A stretch of 64,000 nt of DNA from an uncultured Candidatus Saccharibacteria bacterium (GTDB taxonomy: Bacteria > Patescibacteriota > Doudnabacteria > UBA920): the NCBI GenBank assembly GCA_964612745.1, contig CAZTCH010000005.1, forward strand, positions 5,448 to 69,447. The letters run 5' to 3'. The notes under the pieces were generated by a model. That model searched no databases and was not told where the DNA came from. It worked only from the letters and a program-made list of their open reading frames with translations. The translations under genes were made by a program, and so were the position numbers. Below, in pieces: positions 45,781 through 55,387 of the stretch; the stretch's first letter is position 1, and every line of letters begins with the position of its first letter.

Positions 45781-47130
45781 CTACTTCCCCTTTTCAAAAA
45801 ACTGTGCGAGTTCGGAAATAAATTTAACACCAATGAGTCCAGCAATCTTCTTTTCTTTGGCAGGCGCAGAGACAATCTTCTCAAAGCCCAACTTGGTCGC
45901 CTCTTTTACTCTTTTTTCGGGCATCTGCACACCACGCACTTCTCCTGCCAATCCAATTTCGCCAAATGCAAGCAAGTGTGCAGGCAACGGCACATTGTAG
46001 AAACTAGATAATATCGCCAGTACTACAGGCAAATCTGCTGCCCGCTCGGTCAAGTTAAACCCGCCAGCCACGTTTACATACACATCTTGTGCGCTTAGTT
46101 TTACTCCGAGTCGTTTTTCCACAATAGCGAGTAATAACTGCAATCGGTTAGAATCAAACCCCGAAGCTGCACGTTTCGGGTAGCCAAACGCAGTCGGGTT
46201 TGTGAGCGCCTGCACTTCCAGCAGTAACACTTTTTGTCCTTCTAAGATTGCAGTTACACACGCCCCTGGAACATGCTCAGTTTTGTGTTCCAGAAACAGC
46301 GCAGCCGGATTCTTTACTTCGGCAAGGCCAGATTCGGACATGTCGAACACCCCCACTTCACCAGTGCTCCCAAAACGGTTTTTAATACAGCGCAAGAGCC
46401 GAAGCGCGGTAAACCGCTCTCCTTCCAAATACAACACGGTGTCTACCATATGCTCCAACGTCTTTGGTCCTGCCAGCATCCCTTCTTTGGTCACATGGCC
46501 AATCAGTATAAGCGTAATATGGAGCGACTTTGCCAAACGCATAAACGCATTAGTCGCATATGCTACCTGACTCACTCCACCCACAACACCATTTACTTCG
46601 GCGCTTACAATGGTCTGGATAGAGTCAATAACCGCGACTACGGGGCGCATATGTTCTAGTGTCGCCAAGATAACCTCAAGACTTGTTTCTGCTAACACAC
46701 CTAAGTCGCCGGAAGAATGCATCCGTCTACTGCGCAGCTGAATCTGTTGCGCAGACTCTTCTCCAGAAACATAAAGTACCTGTTTGCCCGCTTCTTGCAG
46801 CGTGAGCGCTGTTTGCAGGGCCAATGTAGACTTACCCACCCCAGGGTCTCCCCCAACCAACACAAGCGCCCCAGGGACCAGTCCACCGCCAAGCACTGCA
46901 TCGAACTCCCCCATGCCAGTAGAAAGCCTCTGCGCGGACACCGTTGTCACTGCCGCCAAATATTCCACCTTCCCACTGGGAAGAGCCCCACCCGCACCTT
47001 TACGAGCAGTGACTGTCCGTTGCTCTGCAAACGTATTCCACTCATTGCACTCTGGACACTTCCCCTGCCACCGAGAGGTAGTAAAACTACAGTTACCACA
47101 AACATACTGTGTGTTAGATTTTAAAGCCAT
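45781..47130 (-). CDS. radA: DNA repair protein RadA/Sms
   Basis: An N-terminal zinc ribbon (CGNC...CPEC), the Walker A GDPGVGKST, KNRFG and a Lon-like C-terminal domain are present. Confidence 0.9.
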   Translation of the reverse strand: MALKSNTQYVCGNCSFTTSRWQGKCPECNEWNTFAEQRTVTARKGAGGALPSGKVEYLAAVTTVSAQRLSTGMGEFDAVLGGGLVPGALVLVGGDPGVGKSTLALQTALTLQEAGKQVLYVSGEESAQQIQLRSRRMHSSGDLGVLAETSLEVILATLEHMRPVVAVIDSIQTIVSAEVNGVVGGVSQVAYATNAFMRLAKSLHITLILIGHVTKEGMLAGPKTLEHMVDTVLYLEGERFTALRLLRCIKNRFGSTGEVGVFDMSESGLAEVKNPAALFLEHKTEHVPGACVTAILEGQKVLLLEVQALTNPTAFGYPKRAASGFDSNRLQLLLAIVEKRLGVKLSAQDVYVNVAGGFNLTERAADLPVVLAILSSFYNVPLPAHLLAFGEIGLAGEVRGVQMPEKRVKEATKLGFEKIVSAPAKEKKIAGLIGVKFISELAQFFEKGK

Positions 47131-47286
47131 ACAAGTAAAATCAAAATTAAAAATCCAAAAACCAGAAAAACAAAACTCAAGAACACCAACACCTGTTTGA
47201 AATTTTGTATTCGTTTTTGGATTTTATGTGTCGCCTGAGCAGTCCGTGACGACTCCTACCTTTCACTCACACTGCTCAAAAGTCGG

Positions 47287-48426
47287 CTAGTTTCCGAGTT
47301 GCCCGACATTCAGGAAGTACAAGCCACCATCCAAGTTGTTTTTGAAGTATAGGGATCCACCGTCAGAAGAAGTAAACATGCTCACGGGAGAAATGCGAGT
47401 TGCAACCTCGACCAGCTTTTGTGAACCAGCGGCTGCATCCACACGGTAGAGCAAGTCTCCGGAAGTGCTCGCAGAAGCAGCGTACAACACCTTACTATCT
47501 GGCGCCCAGGTGACTTGGTCTAATTTCGCTTCTATGTTCATGTTTTGCAACTCACCGGTGTAAACATTGCCTACCCACAACTGCCACGCACCAGATGCAG
47601 ATTTTCTGTTAAACGCAAATTTTTGACTGTCTGGACTCCACAAAGCGCCTACGTTAAACCCGTCTTTCACAATAGTCCGGAACAATTTACCATCTGGACT
47701 GACTAAGTTTATTTTATTTGTCGCTTCTTGGCTTTGTGTTCTCCAATACACAATCACTTTACCGTCAGGAGAAATAGCTAAGGCATTATCGTTTTCCCAC
47801 ATGTCTGTAACGGTTTGCCATGTGCTCATGTCTGCGGGAGAGACATTCAAATTTGTTTTGCCATTTTCTAACCAGAAATACAGCAACTGTTCACCATCTG
47901 GCAACCATGCAATGGACGTCACTTGTGGTGGGACATCTACATACACACCTTTATTGCTCACATAGACTGCCCATGCAGTACCGCCACTTGCTGTGGTCAA
48001 CTCAACTAAGTAGTTATTACCTGTAGCTGGCCAGTGTACCTTGGTCACCCCTGCTTTTGCGGGCACACCCAATTCTCGCTTGTTGGTTAGTTGTGGAGTA
48101 CCGGTAGTCAAATCTAAATCTGCTTGGAACAACTGCCCTTGGGTATTAAAGTACGCAAGCCCGTTGCCCTGATAAAACAAAATAGGACTCACGACGCTAT
48201 CGCTCGTCAGGTTAATTGGGGTTACTCCAGACAACGCAGTAGTTGGTGTTGCGATTGGAGTAGGATCGACAACAACCCCGCCTTCCTCTGTTGGAGCTGG
48301 CGTTGGATTTGTTGTGTTATTGGTAGTAGAATTTGTTTCGGATCTCCTCTGGAAAATAAGGAAAGTTAAAGTTCCAACAATCAGTAAGAAAATAGCGCCT
48401 AAAATGGCGATGGCTTTTTTATTCAT
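47287..48426 (-). CDS. Membrane-anchored TolB-like beta-propeller (PD40/WD40-like repeats) protein
   Basis: An N-terminal TM is followed by repeated SPDGK / WSPDSQ / WAPDSK motifs. Confidence 0.55.
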   Translation of the reverse strand: MNKKAIAILGAIFLLIVGTLTFLIFQRRSETNSTTNNTTNPTPAPTEEGGVVVDPTPIATPTTALSGVTPINLTSDSVVSPILFYQGNGLAYFNTQGQLFQADLDLTTGTPQLTNKRELGVPAKAGVTKVHWPATGNNYLVELTTASGGTAWAVYVSNKGVYVDVPPQVTSIAWLPDGEQLLYFWLENGKTNLNVSPADMSTWQTVTDMWENDNALAISPDGKVIVYWRTQSQEATNKINLVSPDGKLFRTIVKDGFNVGALWSPDSQKFAFNRKSASGAWQLWVGNVYTGELQNMNIEAKLDQVTWAPDSKVLYAASASTSGDLLYRVDAAAGSQKLVEVATRISPVSMFTSSDGGSLYFKNNLDGGLYFLNVGQLGN

Positions 48427-49091
48427 TTATTTTTCGCTAGCCTACAATACATTTAGTATAGCATGGGAGCAATGAGGAGGATAGAAGAAATAGAAGAGTG
48501 AGAAGAATTAGAAGAATTAGAAGAATTAGAAGAATTAGAGAGGAATTTTGAAAGCGGAGCCCGCCGAAGCTTTAGCGTAGGAGGGAGGGTAGAGAATAGA
48601 GAGAATGTAGATTGCTAAGTGCTAAGTGCTAAGTGCTAAGGGCTATGGGCTAAGAAAGAGTGTAATTTTCAATTTTTAATTTTTCCTACTTGTTACTGCT
48701 TTTTAAAAATTCCAAATCACAAGCACGAAATAACAAATAAATTCCAATCCGCCAGCCGGCGGACGAAAATCCCAAACAAATACATTTTTAACTCAAAAGT
48801 CAAAACTGAGAGGTCAAAACTTCAAATCAAAACTGTAAACTGCAATGCAATTCAGTTTTGCGTTTATAGTTGCAGTTTTGCGTTCCTGTCGTTAGATGGG
48901 CACCATCTGACACAGTGCTCGCAATTTTGGTTTGAGGGTGTATCGACAGAAGTAAATATAAATCTTGTATGTCAGATGGTGCCCATCTAACTCTCCCGTT
49001 TTTCTGGCGTGAAGACCTTAAGACACGAAGACATGACGACTCATTATTCTTTCGTTTGACGTGAAGACATGAAGACCTTCGACTTCTTCCC
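48427..49091. repeat. Mosaic intergenic repeat locus (largest copy) including a MITE-like unit
   Basis: It contains (AGAAGAATT)n, the GAGAATAGAG block, (GTGCTAA)4, CCAATCCGCCAGCCGGCGGAC, the AAAACTGAGAGGTCAAAAC block, the MITE at 48892-48990 and M1 copies at 49005-49080. Confidence 0.75.
48892..48990. mobile_element. MITE-like element, second full copy (TIR TTAGATGGGCACCATCTGACA)
   Basis: The TIRs are identical to the 14709..14808 copy. The internal sequence is about 80% similar by eye. Confidence 0.7.
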
Positions 49092-50141
49092 CTACTGTCC
49101 AAAGCTACCAAATGCAGAGAACGGTTGGCACAGTTCATTTGCACTCGCTGCTGTGGTGGACACATATGAAGCAATTTTCAATGCAAGCCCAAAGCTACTT
49201 AATCCGCTACACGTTGAAACAACCACGACCGCTAAGATAACAGCTAACACAACAAAGAAAAGAAACCAGACCATACCCACAATAACCCGCTCAAATATAT
49301 TTAAAGAGTTTGGTACAAAGAATAAAATTGTACCGAGCAATAATGTAACTATCAAGGACAACAAACCAGTGAAGCCCATTACCCATGGGTCATATGATGC
49401 ACGAAAGAGAGTAAGCGCTGTAGACTTACCCAAACCAGTCACCGCGCGCACCGTAGCTTTACCTAAATGCAAGTTAGCTAAATCTCGCGCCGTGTCTTGT
49501 ACGGTATTTTTAATCCCCTTTGCATCTATAGCAGTAACCAGCCCCAGCCCAGGAACTGCCTTACTTGCCACAGTCGCCGCTGCTTTCGCACCATCTTTTA
49601 CAACCTCTTTGGCAACTTGTTTACCAGCATCTTTAACCAACTCGCCCCCTACCGTACTAACAGCACTCCCCGCCCCCCGAGCAACCCGAGCTTTATTCTG
49701 CTCTCTAAGTCCTTCCCTGAACCCACGATTCGCTGCTTTATCTGCTTTGCCTTGTACAAACTGCTCTTTGGCGCGGTCGTACGATAAATTCTTTAGACCA
49801 GAGCCAGTGCGTGCATTTTGCGCATTCATGTCTACCCCTAGCCCTTGCCCAAGCTTTGCTGCACCGCGCTCATACACTTTTGCTCCTACCTTGTCGGCAG
49901 CGGCATCGCGAACTCGCCCTGCCACTGTCGTAGCATCACTCGCGCGCACGTCTTTGTTTGCAGCACTATCCACAACTGCGCCAGATGGATCTTGCGCCGC
50001 CACTATCTCGGCCCCGCCTTCAGCAACCTGTTCGCTATCGGGTGCAGAATCTTGCCCAGCACCAGCCAACCCAGACGACGAAAAGCGACGCGCAGCAGCG
50101 TCGGCGTTTGGATCATAAAACTGTTGTGGTTCGGTGGCCAT
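49092..50141 (-). CDS. Hypothetical protein with Ala/Lys-rich N-terminal domain and two or three C-terminal TM helices (T4SS-cluster member)
   Basis: The protein composition is coherent and the C-terminal TMs (LLSLIVTLLLGTILFFV and VWFLFFVVLAVILAVVVV) are clear. The antisense ORF 49069..50118 is low-complexity A/S/P-rich and is rejected. Confidence 0.4.
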   Translation of the reverse strand: MATEPQQFYDPNADAAARRFSSSGLAGAGQDSAPDSEQVAEGGAEIVAAQDPSGAVVDSAANKDVRASDATTVAGRVRDAAADKVGAKVYERGAAKLGQGLGVDMNAQNARTGSGLKNLSYDRAKEQFVQGKADKAANRGFREGLREQNKARVARGAGSAVSTVGGELVKDAGKQVAKEVVKDGAKAAATVASKAVPGLGLVTAIDAKGIKNTVQDTARDLANLHLGKATVRAVTGLGKSTALTLFRASYDPWVMGFTGLLSLIVTLLLGTILFFVPNSLNIFERVIVGMVWFLFFVVLAVILAVVVVSTCSGLSSFGLALKIASYVSTTAASANELCQPFSAFGSFGQ

Positions 50142-50201
50142 AGGAAAACAAAACTAACACAGGGACAATCCTGCACCACACCGTACATGCGCTACCAATG
50201 T

Positions 50202-52055
50202 CTATACAGGAGTCGTTTGCTGTTTTTGCTGTTCTTTAATTTCCAGCAACTGCCGTGGGTCAGTAGTAATTATCTGGTCTTCTATGTACGAAGCGTACAC
50301 CTTAATTGCCGCATGCTTCGTGCCTGCAAAAAAGATACCTTCCCCTACTTCACTTTCCAAAAGTAAATACTTTTCCCCTTCAGTTAAAAAGAATGTTTCG
50401 GCAATAATATTAATGGAAGCAGGGCTTTGTTTGAGCAGTAACTGGATAGATGAGTTCGTCACAATTGGCTTTCCATACGGAGACGCCATAAAGTCAGCAA
50501 CGTCTTGCGTAATGGTGGTTAAGCCTAAGTAGTACTTACGGCAGCGCTTCGCAATCCCGAAAATAAACCGAGCACTATCTTCGTGTTGCATCATGACCCA
50601 CGCTTCATCGAGCACTAATATACGTCGCTTGAGCTCGCTCCGTACTAAATTCCAAATATGGTTTACCAACACGAACATCGCAATTGGACGCAACGTGTCT
50701 TCGAGGTCTCGGATTGAGTACACCACAAGACTATTTTGCAAGCCCACATTGCTTTGGTGGTCGAAAATGCCGGCAAATGTTCCTTGGGTGTATTTGGAAA
50801 GTCGCTGTGCTAAGTTTTCTGCACCCACCATACCAGACAACACCTCTACCAAGTCTCCCATGGTCGGGAATTCTACTCCGGTGTTATCGCTGGTAGCAGT
50901 AATGTCTTTTTTAGCGTACGCCTGCCAAATCGCACGGTCCATAAGAGCCTCTTCTGTTGGGTCAAGCTTCCCCAGCATAATATTCATGAGCCCAAGCATA
51001 AAGATGACCGCACTACGCATAACATCTTCTTGGCTTTCCCCTTCTAGACCTCTGGGCAAATCAAATGGGTTAATGCGTGATTGAGAATTAAGCGAAATAT
51101 TCACAAAACTACCCCCCACTGCTTCTGCTAGATGCTGGTATTCATTTTCTGGGTCAATCACAATAACGTCTGTGCCAATCATCAGACTACGCAGAATTTC
51201 TAGTTTGATTGCATACGATTTTCCCGCACCAGATTTCGCGAACACCACTGCGTTGGCGTTCTCCATTTTGAACCGGTCAAACAAAATCAAGCTGTTATTG
51301 TGCCGGTTTATACCATATAAAATCCCGTCGTTACTCGTCACATCAGGCGACACAAAAGGGAACGTGGTGGAAAGTGGACCCGTATTTAAATTGTTTCCAA
51401 TATTTATTTCGTCGAGTGCATACGGCAACGTCGAAGTCAGCCCCTGCTCTGTTTGCATGAGCGCCCGTTTCGTCACAATCAGCTTTGCCCCTAGTGTGCT
51501 TTCCAAAACAGTCGATTGCTCGTCTAGCTCTTTGAGAGAGTTTGCATAAATGGTCAGGTACAGCGCAAACCGAAAATACTTTTCTGTTCCTTGCAGGAGC
51601 GCATCTCGCAGACCTTCCACATCTTTATATGCTGTTTCCAGCATTGGATCGCGCACCATCCCCTTTTCTTGGTTTATGGTCATTTGCGAACCAATTTCAC
51701 CCACCTTCGATCGCAACTTTTTCAGAATGGTCGCAGAGTCAATAGGGTAAATAAACATGGACACGTCTAACTCACCTTCGGAGTTAATCACGAACGAAAG
51801 CCACCCTGTCGACAAAAACCGTGGATACGCGAGCACAAAAAAGCTACGGCCATATTTGCCGTTCAGCAAAAAATATGAGCTTTCGTATTTCAGCGCTGCG
51901 GGAGATAGTAAATCTTTCAGCGTGGTAATACCTTCTTGGTATATTTTTTCAATCTCTGCAACTTGTTTACCAACCGCAGCAGAAGACTTCACTGCTTCCA
52001 GCTTTTCTTTTTGTGCCTGTATTTCTTCTGGTGTTTTGCTTGCAAATAAAGCCAT
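50202..52055 (-). CDS. VirB4/TrbE/TraC-family type IV secretion ATPase
   Basis: The 617-aa protein carries Walker A VVFAKSGAGKSY and the VirB4-typical Walker B ILVLDEAW. Its overall size and architecture fit VirB4. Confidence 0.75.
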   Translation of the reverse strand: MALFASKTPEEIQAQKEKLEAVKSSAAVGKQVAEIEKIYQEGITTLKDLLSPAALKYESSYFLLNGKYGRSFFVLAYPRFLSTGWLSFVINSEGELDVSMFIYPIDSATILKKLRSKVGEIGSQMTINQEKGMVRDPMLETAYKDVEGLRDALLQGTEKYFRFALYLTIYANSLKELDEQSTVLESTLGAKLIVTKRALMQTEQGLTSTLPYALDEINIGNNLNTGPLSTTFPFVSPDVTSNDGILYGINRHNNSLILFDRFKMENANAVVFAKSGAGKSYAIKLEILRSLMIGTDVIVIDPENEYQHLAEAVGGSFVNISLNSQSRINPFDLPRGLEGESQEDVMRSAVIFMLGLMNIMLGKLDPTEEALMDRAIWQAYAKKDITATSDNTGVEFPTMGDLVEVLSGMVGAENLAQRLSKYTQGTFAGIFDHQSNVGLQNSLVVYSIRDLEDTLRPIAMFVLVNHIWNLVRSELKRRILVLDEAWVMMQHEDSARFIFGIAKRCRKYYLGLTTITQDVADFMASPYGKPIVTNSSIQLLLKQSPASINIIAETFFLTEGEKYLLLESEVGEGIFFAGTKHAAIKVYASYIEDQIITTDPRQLLEIKEQQKQQTTPV

Positions 52056-52066
52056 ACAAATATTCC

Positions 52067-52759
52067 TTATTGGGCTGTTCCAACCACCTTAATATCGCCA
52101 AGGCTTTCACTGTTGAGCGCTGGTGCCGATTCAAAATTGTACGAATTATAATACAACTCAATCAGCGCCCCTGTATCGAGCCGTACCACTCGTAAGCCCA
52201 ACCCAGAGAGGTTGCTTACCACAGAATCCACTCGCTGCTGTAATTGCTCGCTGTAGTGCTTAATATTTTCTATCTTTTTGTTCGCCTGTGTTGCTCCACT
52301 ACCACCAAAAAGACCGGAAAACAAACCGCTCGAGGCAGGAGTAACCGTTTGGGCAAGCGGCACCACAATATAAAACTCTTTGCTCATGACGTTGGCGTCA
52401 TTTACCAGCTCAGAAATAAAATCAATGTAGTACTGTGCTTGCATGCGCAATAGTTCATTTTCCAAACGCTGTGTTATCAGTTGCAATTTGTTGACATAGT
52501 CAGCTACATTCAACTTCCTGCTTTGCATTAAAATCTGTATGGGAAAATCCAAAGAATTCAGGAACCGTTGGTACCCAAAGATTATGCCGTTTTGCTCGTC
52601 TTCATTTTTTAAATCAAAATTGGTAGATCCCACTGCTAAAACAGCTCGCAACGTTCCGTCTTGCATGATTACAAGATTGTCGCGAATCTCTGAGATGCGA
52701 AGCACATGTCCTGTCGGTGTGCCTGCATGTGTGGTTGTTTTTTTGCTTTCAGATGCCAT
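52067..52759 (-). CDS. Hypothetical cytoplasmic protein (T4SS-cluster member)
   Basis: It is a 230-aa ORF tightly packed between the VirB3-like and VirB4-like genes. Confidence 0.4.
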   Translation of the reverse strand: MASESKKTTTHAGTPTGHVLRISEIRDNLVIMQDGTLRAVLAVGSTNFDLKNEDEQNGIIFGYQRFLNSLDFPIQILMQSRKLNVADYVNKLQLITQRLENELLRMQAQYYIDFISELVNDANVMSKEFYIVVPLAQTVTPASSGLFSGLFGGSGATQANKKIENIKHYSEQLQQRVDSVVSNLSGLGLRVVRLDTGALIELYYNSYNFESAPALNSESLGDIKVVGTAQ

Positions 52760-52779
52760 AAAGTAAAACTCTCTTCGGG

Positions 52780-53259
52780 CTATGGTTTACGATTGAGTAG
52801 CTCGGCTTCTTGCTGTTCACGCTGCTCAAGCTGGTACTGAATCTTCTTTAAGCGTGACCGAGTATCTTCTTGATTTACTACCACAGGGGCTGGTTTTTGT
52901 ACTATATTTTTCACTTCGGTAAACACCATACCAGCCATTTCTTTCTGAAATGTGAAAAACTTCGGGCGTGACCAATAGTTTATAAGTGCTCCAGCAGAAG
53001 CGTAAAGTGGCCTGCCATTAAACTGGCCAAAAGCCAGCACAATCCCTGGAATACCAAACAGGAACGCTACCAAGCCAGTAATATAGTAGTCTTTTGTTGT
53101 TGAGTACGCCACAAACACAATAGCTGCAGTCGCCAGCAAAATCACGAACTGCTTAACCGTAAGCGGTCCAATGATTCTATCTTCTACTTCGGTGAATTGT
53201 GGCACAGGAAATTGCATATATGTACCGTTTTGATACTCAATAGCCAAACTACAGAACAC
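52780..53259 (-). CDS. Small two-TM membrane protein (VirB3/PrgI-like candidate)
   Basis: The 159-aa protein has TMs FVILLATAAIVFVAY and LVAFLFGIPGIVLAF. Its position immediately upstream of the VirB4-like gene matches the usual placement of VirB3 homologues. Confidence 0.4.
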   Translation of the reverse strand: MFCSLAIEYQNGTYMQFPVPQFTEVEDRIIGPLTVKQFVILLATAAIVFVAYSTTKDYYITGLVAFLFGIPGIVLAFGQFNGRPLYASAGALINYWSRPKFFTFQKEMAGMVFTEVKNIVQKPAPVVVNQEDTRSRLKKIQYQLEQREQQEAELLNRKP

Positions 53260-53318
53260 AATCTAACACTGTGTCGCGCATAGTTATTATACCATGCAGG
53301 CATAGCGCAAGAAGCATA

Positions 53319-54173
53319 CTAATTGCTTTTTGCTTGTTGTAAAAAGTCACTCAGTGCTTCAAAGTCCTGCTTACGCAATACCGCCTTACCTGCCGCCACG
53401 AGTTCTGCTTCGAGCGCTTCGAATGTGACGTGCTCCCGCAAAATCCGAGCGCCAACGGCTAAGTATGTTTTGTACAACGGCGAGCGCTCGAATGCTAATT
53501 GCACAGAAAAATACCCAAATCGTTGTGCTAACTGCGCAAATGCCTGCTGCACAAAGCCCATACCTCGAGCTTGCAACGTCACAAGATTTATCCGACTCAT
53601 ATCTTCCAAACTTCGCACCTGTTCGAGCACTTCAGTTGAGGTATCTAAAAACTCTTTCTGTGTTTCTACAGGCGCAGCAACAACAGGTTGTTGCAGAGTC
53701 TGAGGGTTTTCAACACGCTCCACCTGCAGAACAGCTTTTTGCTCGGCCCGCACAGGAGCAGTCACAGGAATATTGTTAATCAATACCGTGCGACCACTTG
53801 CAGACGGCTGGGCGATATCTGCAACCGGTGACCGATGCAGTGTTGTGGCAAAGTTTCTATCCAAAAAGGCAGATACACTATTTTGGCTTGTTCCTGCTGC
53901 AGGAGTAACCACTTCGGGCTTTTGAGCAGGTGCGGGTAAATCTAACTCTGGCGGGGCAGCACCCAAACGAGCTGCGGTCTGTACAGGGATGCGCTTTACT
54001 ACAGGCGCTTCGGGTAATTCAGGCTTTGGTTCCAACACCGTGCACAGCTCTAGTAACTGTTTGTCGCTCATAAGCGGCAACAAAGACAACCATTCTGCGC
54101 GTTCGGCGTCAGAAAGATTTGGAGAAGTCTCCACCAATATTCGTGCGTGTTCGATTTGGTTTTGATTTACCAT
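53319..54173 (-). CDS. Hypothetical protein (T4SS-cluster member)
   Basis: It is a 284-aa ORF with a Pro/Ala-rich central linker. Confidence 0.4.
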   Translation of the reverse strand: MVNQNQIEHARILVETSPNLSDAERAEWLSLLPLMSDKQLLELCTVLEPKPELPEAPVVKRIPVQTAARLGAAPPELDLPAPAQKPEVVTPAAGTSQNSVSAFLDRNFATTLHRSPVADIAQPSASGRTVLINNIPVTAPVRAEQKAVLQVERVENPQTLQQPVVAAPVETQKEFLDTSTEVLEQVRSLEDMSRINLVTLQARGMGFVQQAFAQLAQRFGYFSVQLAFERSPLYKTYLAVGARILREHVTFEALEAELVAAGKAVLRKQDFEALSDFLQQAKSN

Positions 54174-54198
54174 AGACAGTTTTTTGGTAAAGCTGGAA

Positions 54199-55374
54199 CT
54201 AAAGCTTCTGTTTTAAATCTTCAAGTTTGTGGGCAATTTTTTCTGCCAATGCCGCGTCTGGAGTTGCAACTTTTTGCACTGGTTCAGATTGCTTCGGAGG
54301 AGCTGGCGGATTTACTGGCTGTGTTACTACTGGAACAGGAGGAGTAGGAACTTCCTCTTCTTTCTGAGACTCAGCACCACCAACCTCAAGTCCTGTTTTA
54401 TCTGACGCACCGAGTGGTACTTGCACCAAAACCCCTTGTACGTTTGGAGTCCCAGTCATAGTAGCTTCACCCTGCTCTCCTGCAACAACCTCCGCAAGTT
54501 CAGCACTTTGGTCTTGCACCACCAACCCAGCTCGACTCGTAGTTGGTGTAACATCTACAAATTCTTCTAGTTCAACTTCAGTAACGTAGGGATCACTGAG
54601 CCAATCATAGAGTTCGCACAATGCCAAGAGCACCGCCTGATCTTCTTTGGAAAGCTTTCGCGCGTTTTCTGAATCGTTCACAAATTTTATACGATCCAGC
54701 GCTCCTCTGGAAATAGCATCGCTTGTGCTAACCGCATCGTACTCTGCCAACCAATGCTCAACAGTCGCAGACACCATCTTATCTAAAACTTTTATCTCTG
54801 TCCCAAGCATTTCTTGGTTTTTTTTCAAATAAGGCACGAACTGCCTACCCCACTCCCCGCCGTCATATTCTGGTTCGGCAACGTAGTAGGCATAACGAAT
54901 ACTGCTCAAAAAAACTTCTCCCGCTTCCAAATAATACAAAATATCTGTTTGCAATAGAGCCGCCAACAAGTCATGACTAACGTATCGAATATTTTGAAAT
55001 ACGACAGAACGAACCCCTGAAAGCGCCCGCAATGCAACTACCGCCTGACCCAACCTGAGAACAAAAAAATCAGACACAACACACAAAATCCACTTCCCAA
55101 AGTAAAAGTCAGGATTGTGTGAAGCTGCAACCAATAGTTCATCTACCCTTGAAAAGTTCTCCGCTTTTGCATTCTGAAAAATTTCAAATACAACTTCGAG
55201 CCAAGCTGTCCTTGCGTTGAGCGTATCAAACTCACCCAACTCGAGCAAAGTATTAATTTGGTCAAGTGTTGCTGGGCCGCACAGCGAAAGACCTTCGCCC
55301 CCAAAAAGACTAGCTATTTGGGTGGGCAATTGTATTTTCGCTAACTTATTTTGAATATGTGCGGCTGTAACCAT
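54199..55374 (-). CDS. Hypothetical protein (T4SS-cluster member)
   Basis: It is a 391-aa ORF with a Pro-rich C-terminal tail (PTPPVPVVTQPVNPPAPP). Confidence 0.4.
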   Translation of the reverse strand: MVTAAHIQNKLAKIQLPTQIASLFGGEGLSLCGPATLDQINTLLELGEFDTLNARTAWLEVVFEIFQNAKAENFSRVDELLVAASHNPDFYFGKWILCVVSDFFVLRLGQAVVALRALSGVRSVVFQNIRYVSHDLLAALLQTDILYYLEAGEVFLSSIRYAYYVAEPEYDGGEWGRQFVPYLKKNQEMLGTEIKVLDKMVSATVEHWLAEYDAVSTSDAISRGALDRIKFVNDSENARKLSKEDQAVLLALCELYDWLSDPYVTEVELEEFVDVTPTTSRAGLVVQDQSAELAEVVAGEQGEATMTGTPNVQGVLVQVPLGASDKTGLEVGGAESQKEEEVPTPPVPVVTQPVNPPAPPKQSEPVQKVATPDAALAEKIAHKLEDLKQKL

Positions 55375-55387
55375 GGTAACTAGTTAA

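Noticed and set aside
46717-47200. Two plus-strand ORFs (135 and 138 aa) inside radA
   Set aside because: The RadA frame has a zinc ribbon, Walker A and Lon-like domain. The plus-strand ORFs are Pro/Arg/Ser-rich shadows.
49069-50118. 349-aa plus-strand ORF antisense to 49092..50141
   Set aside because: The translation is low-complexity Ala/Ser/Pro/Thr-rich with no TM or motif structure, typical of the shadow frame of a real gene. The minus-strand ORF has coherent TM helices and fits the co-directional T4SS-like operon.
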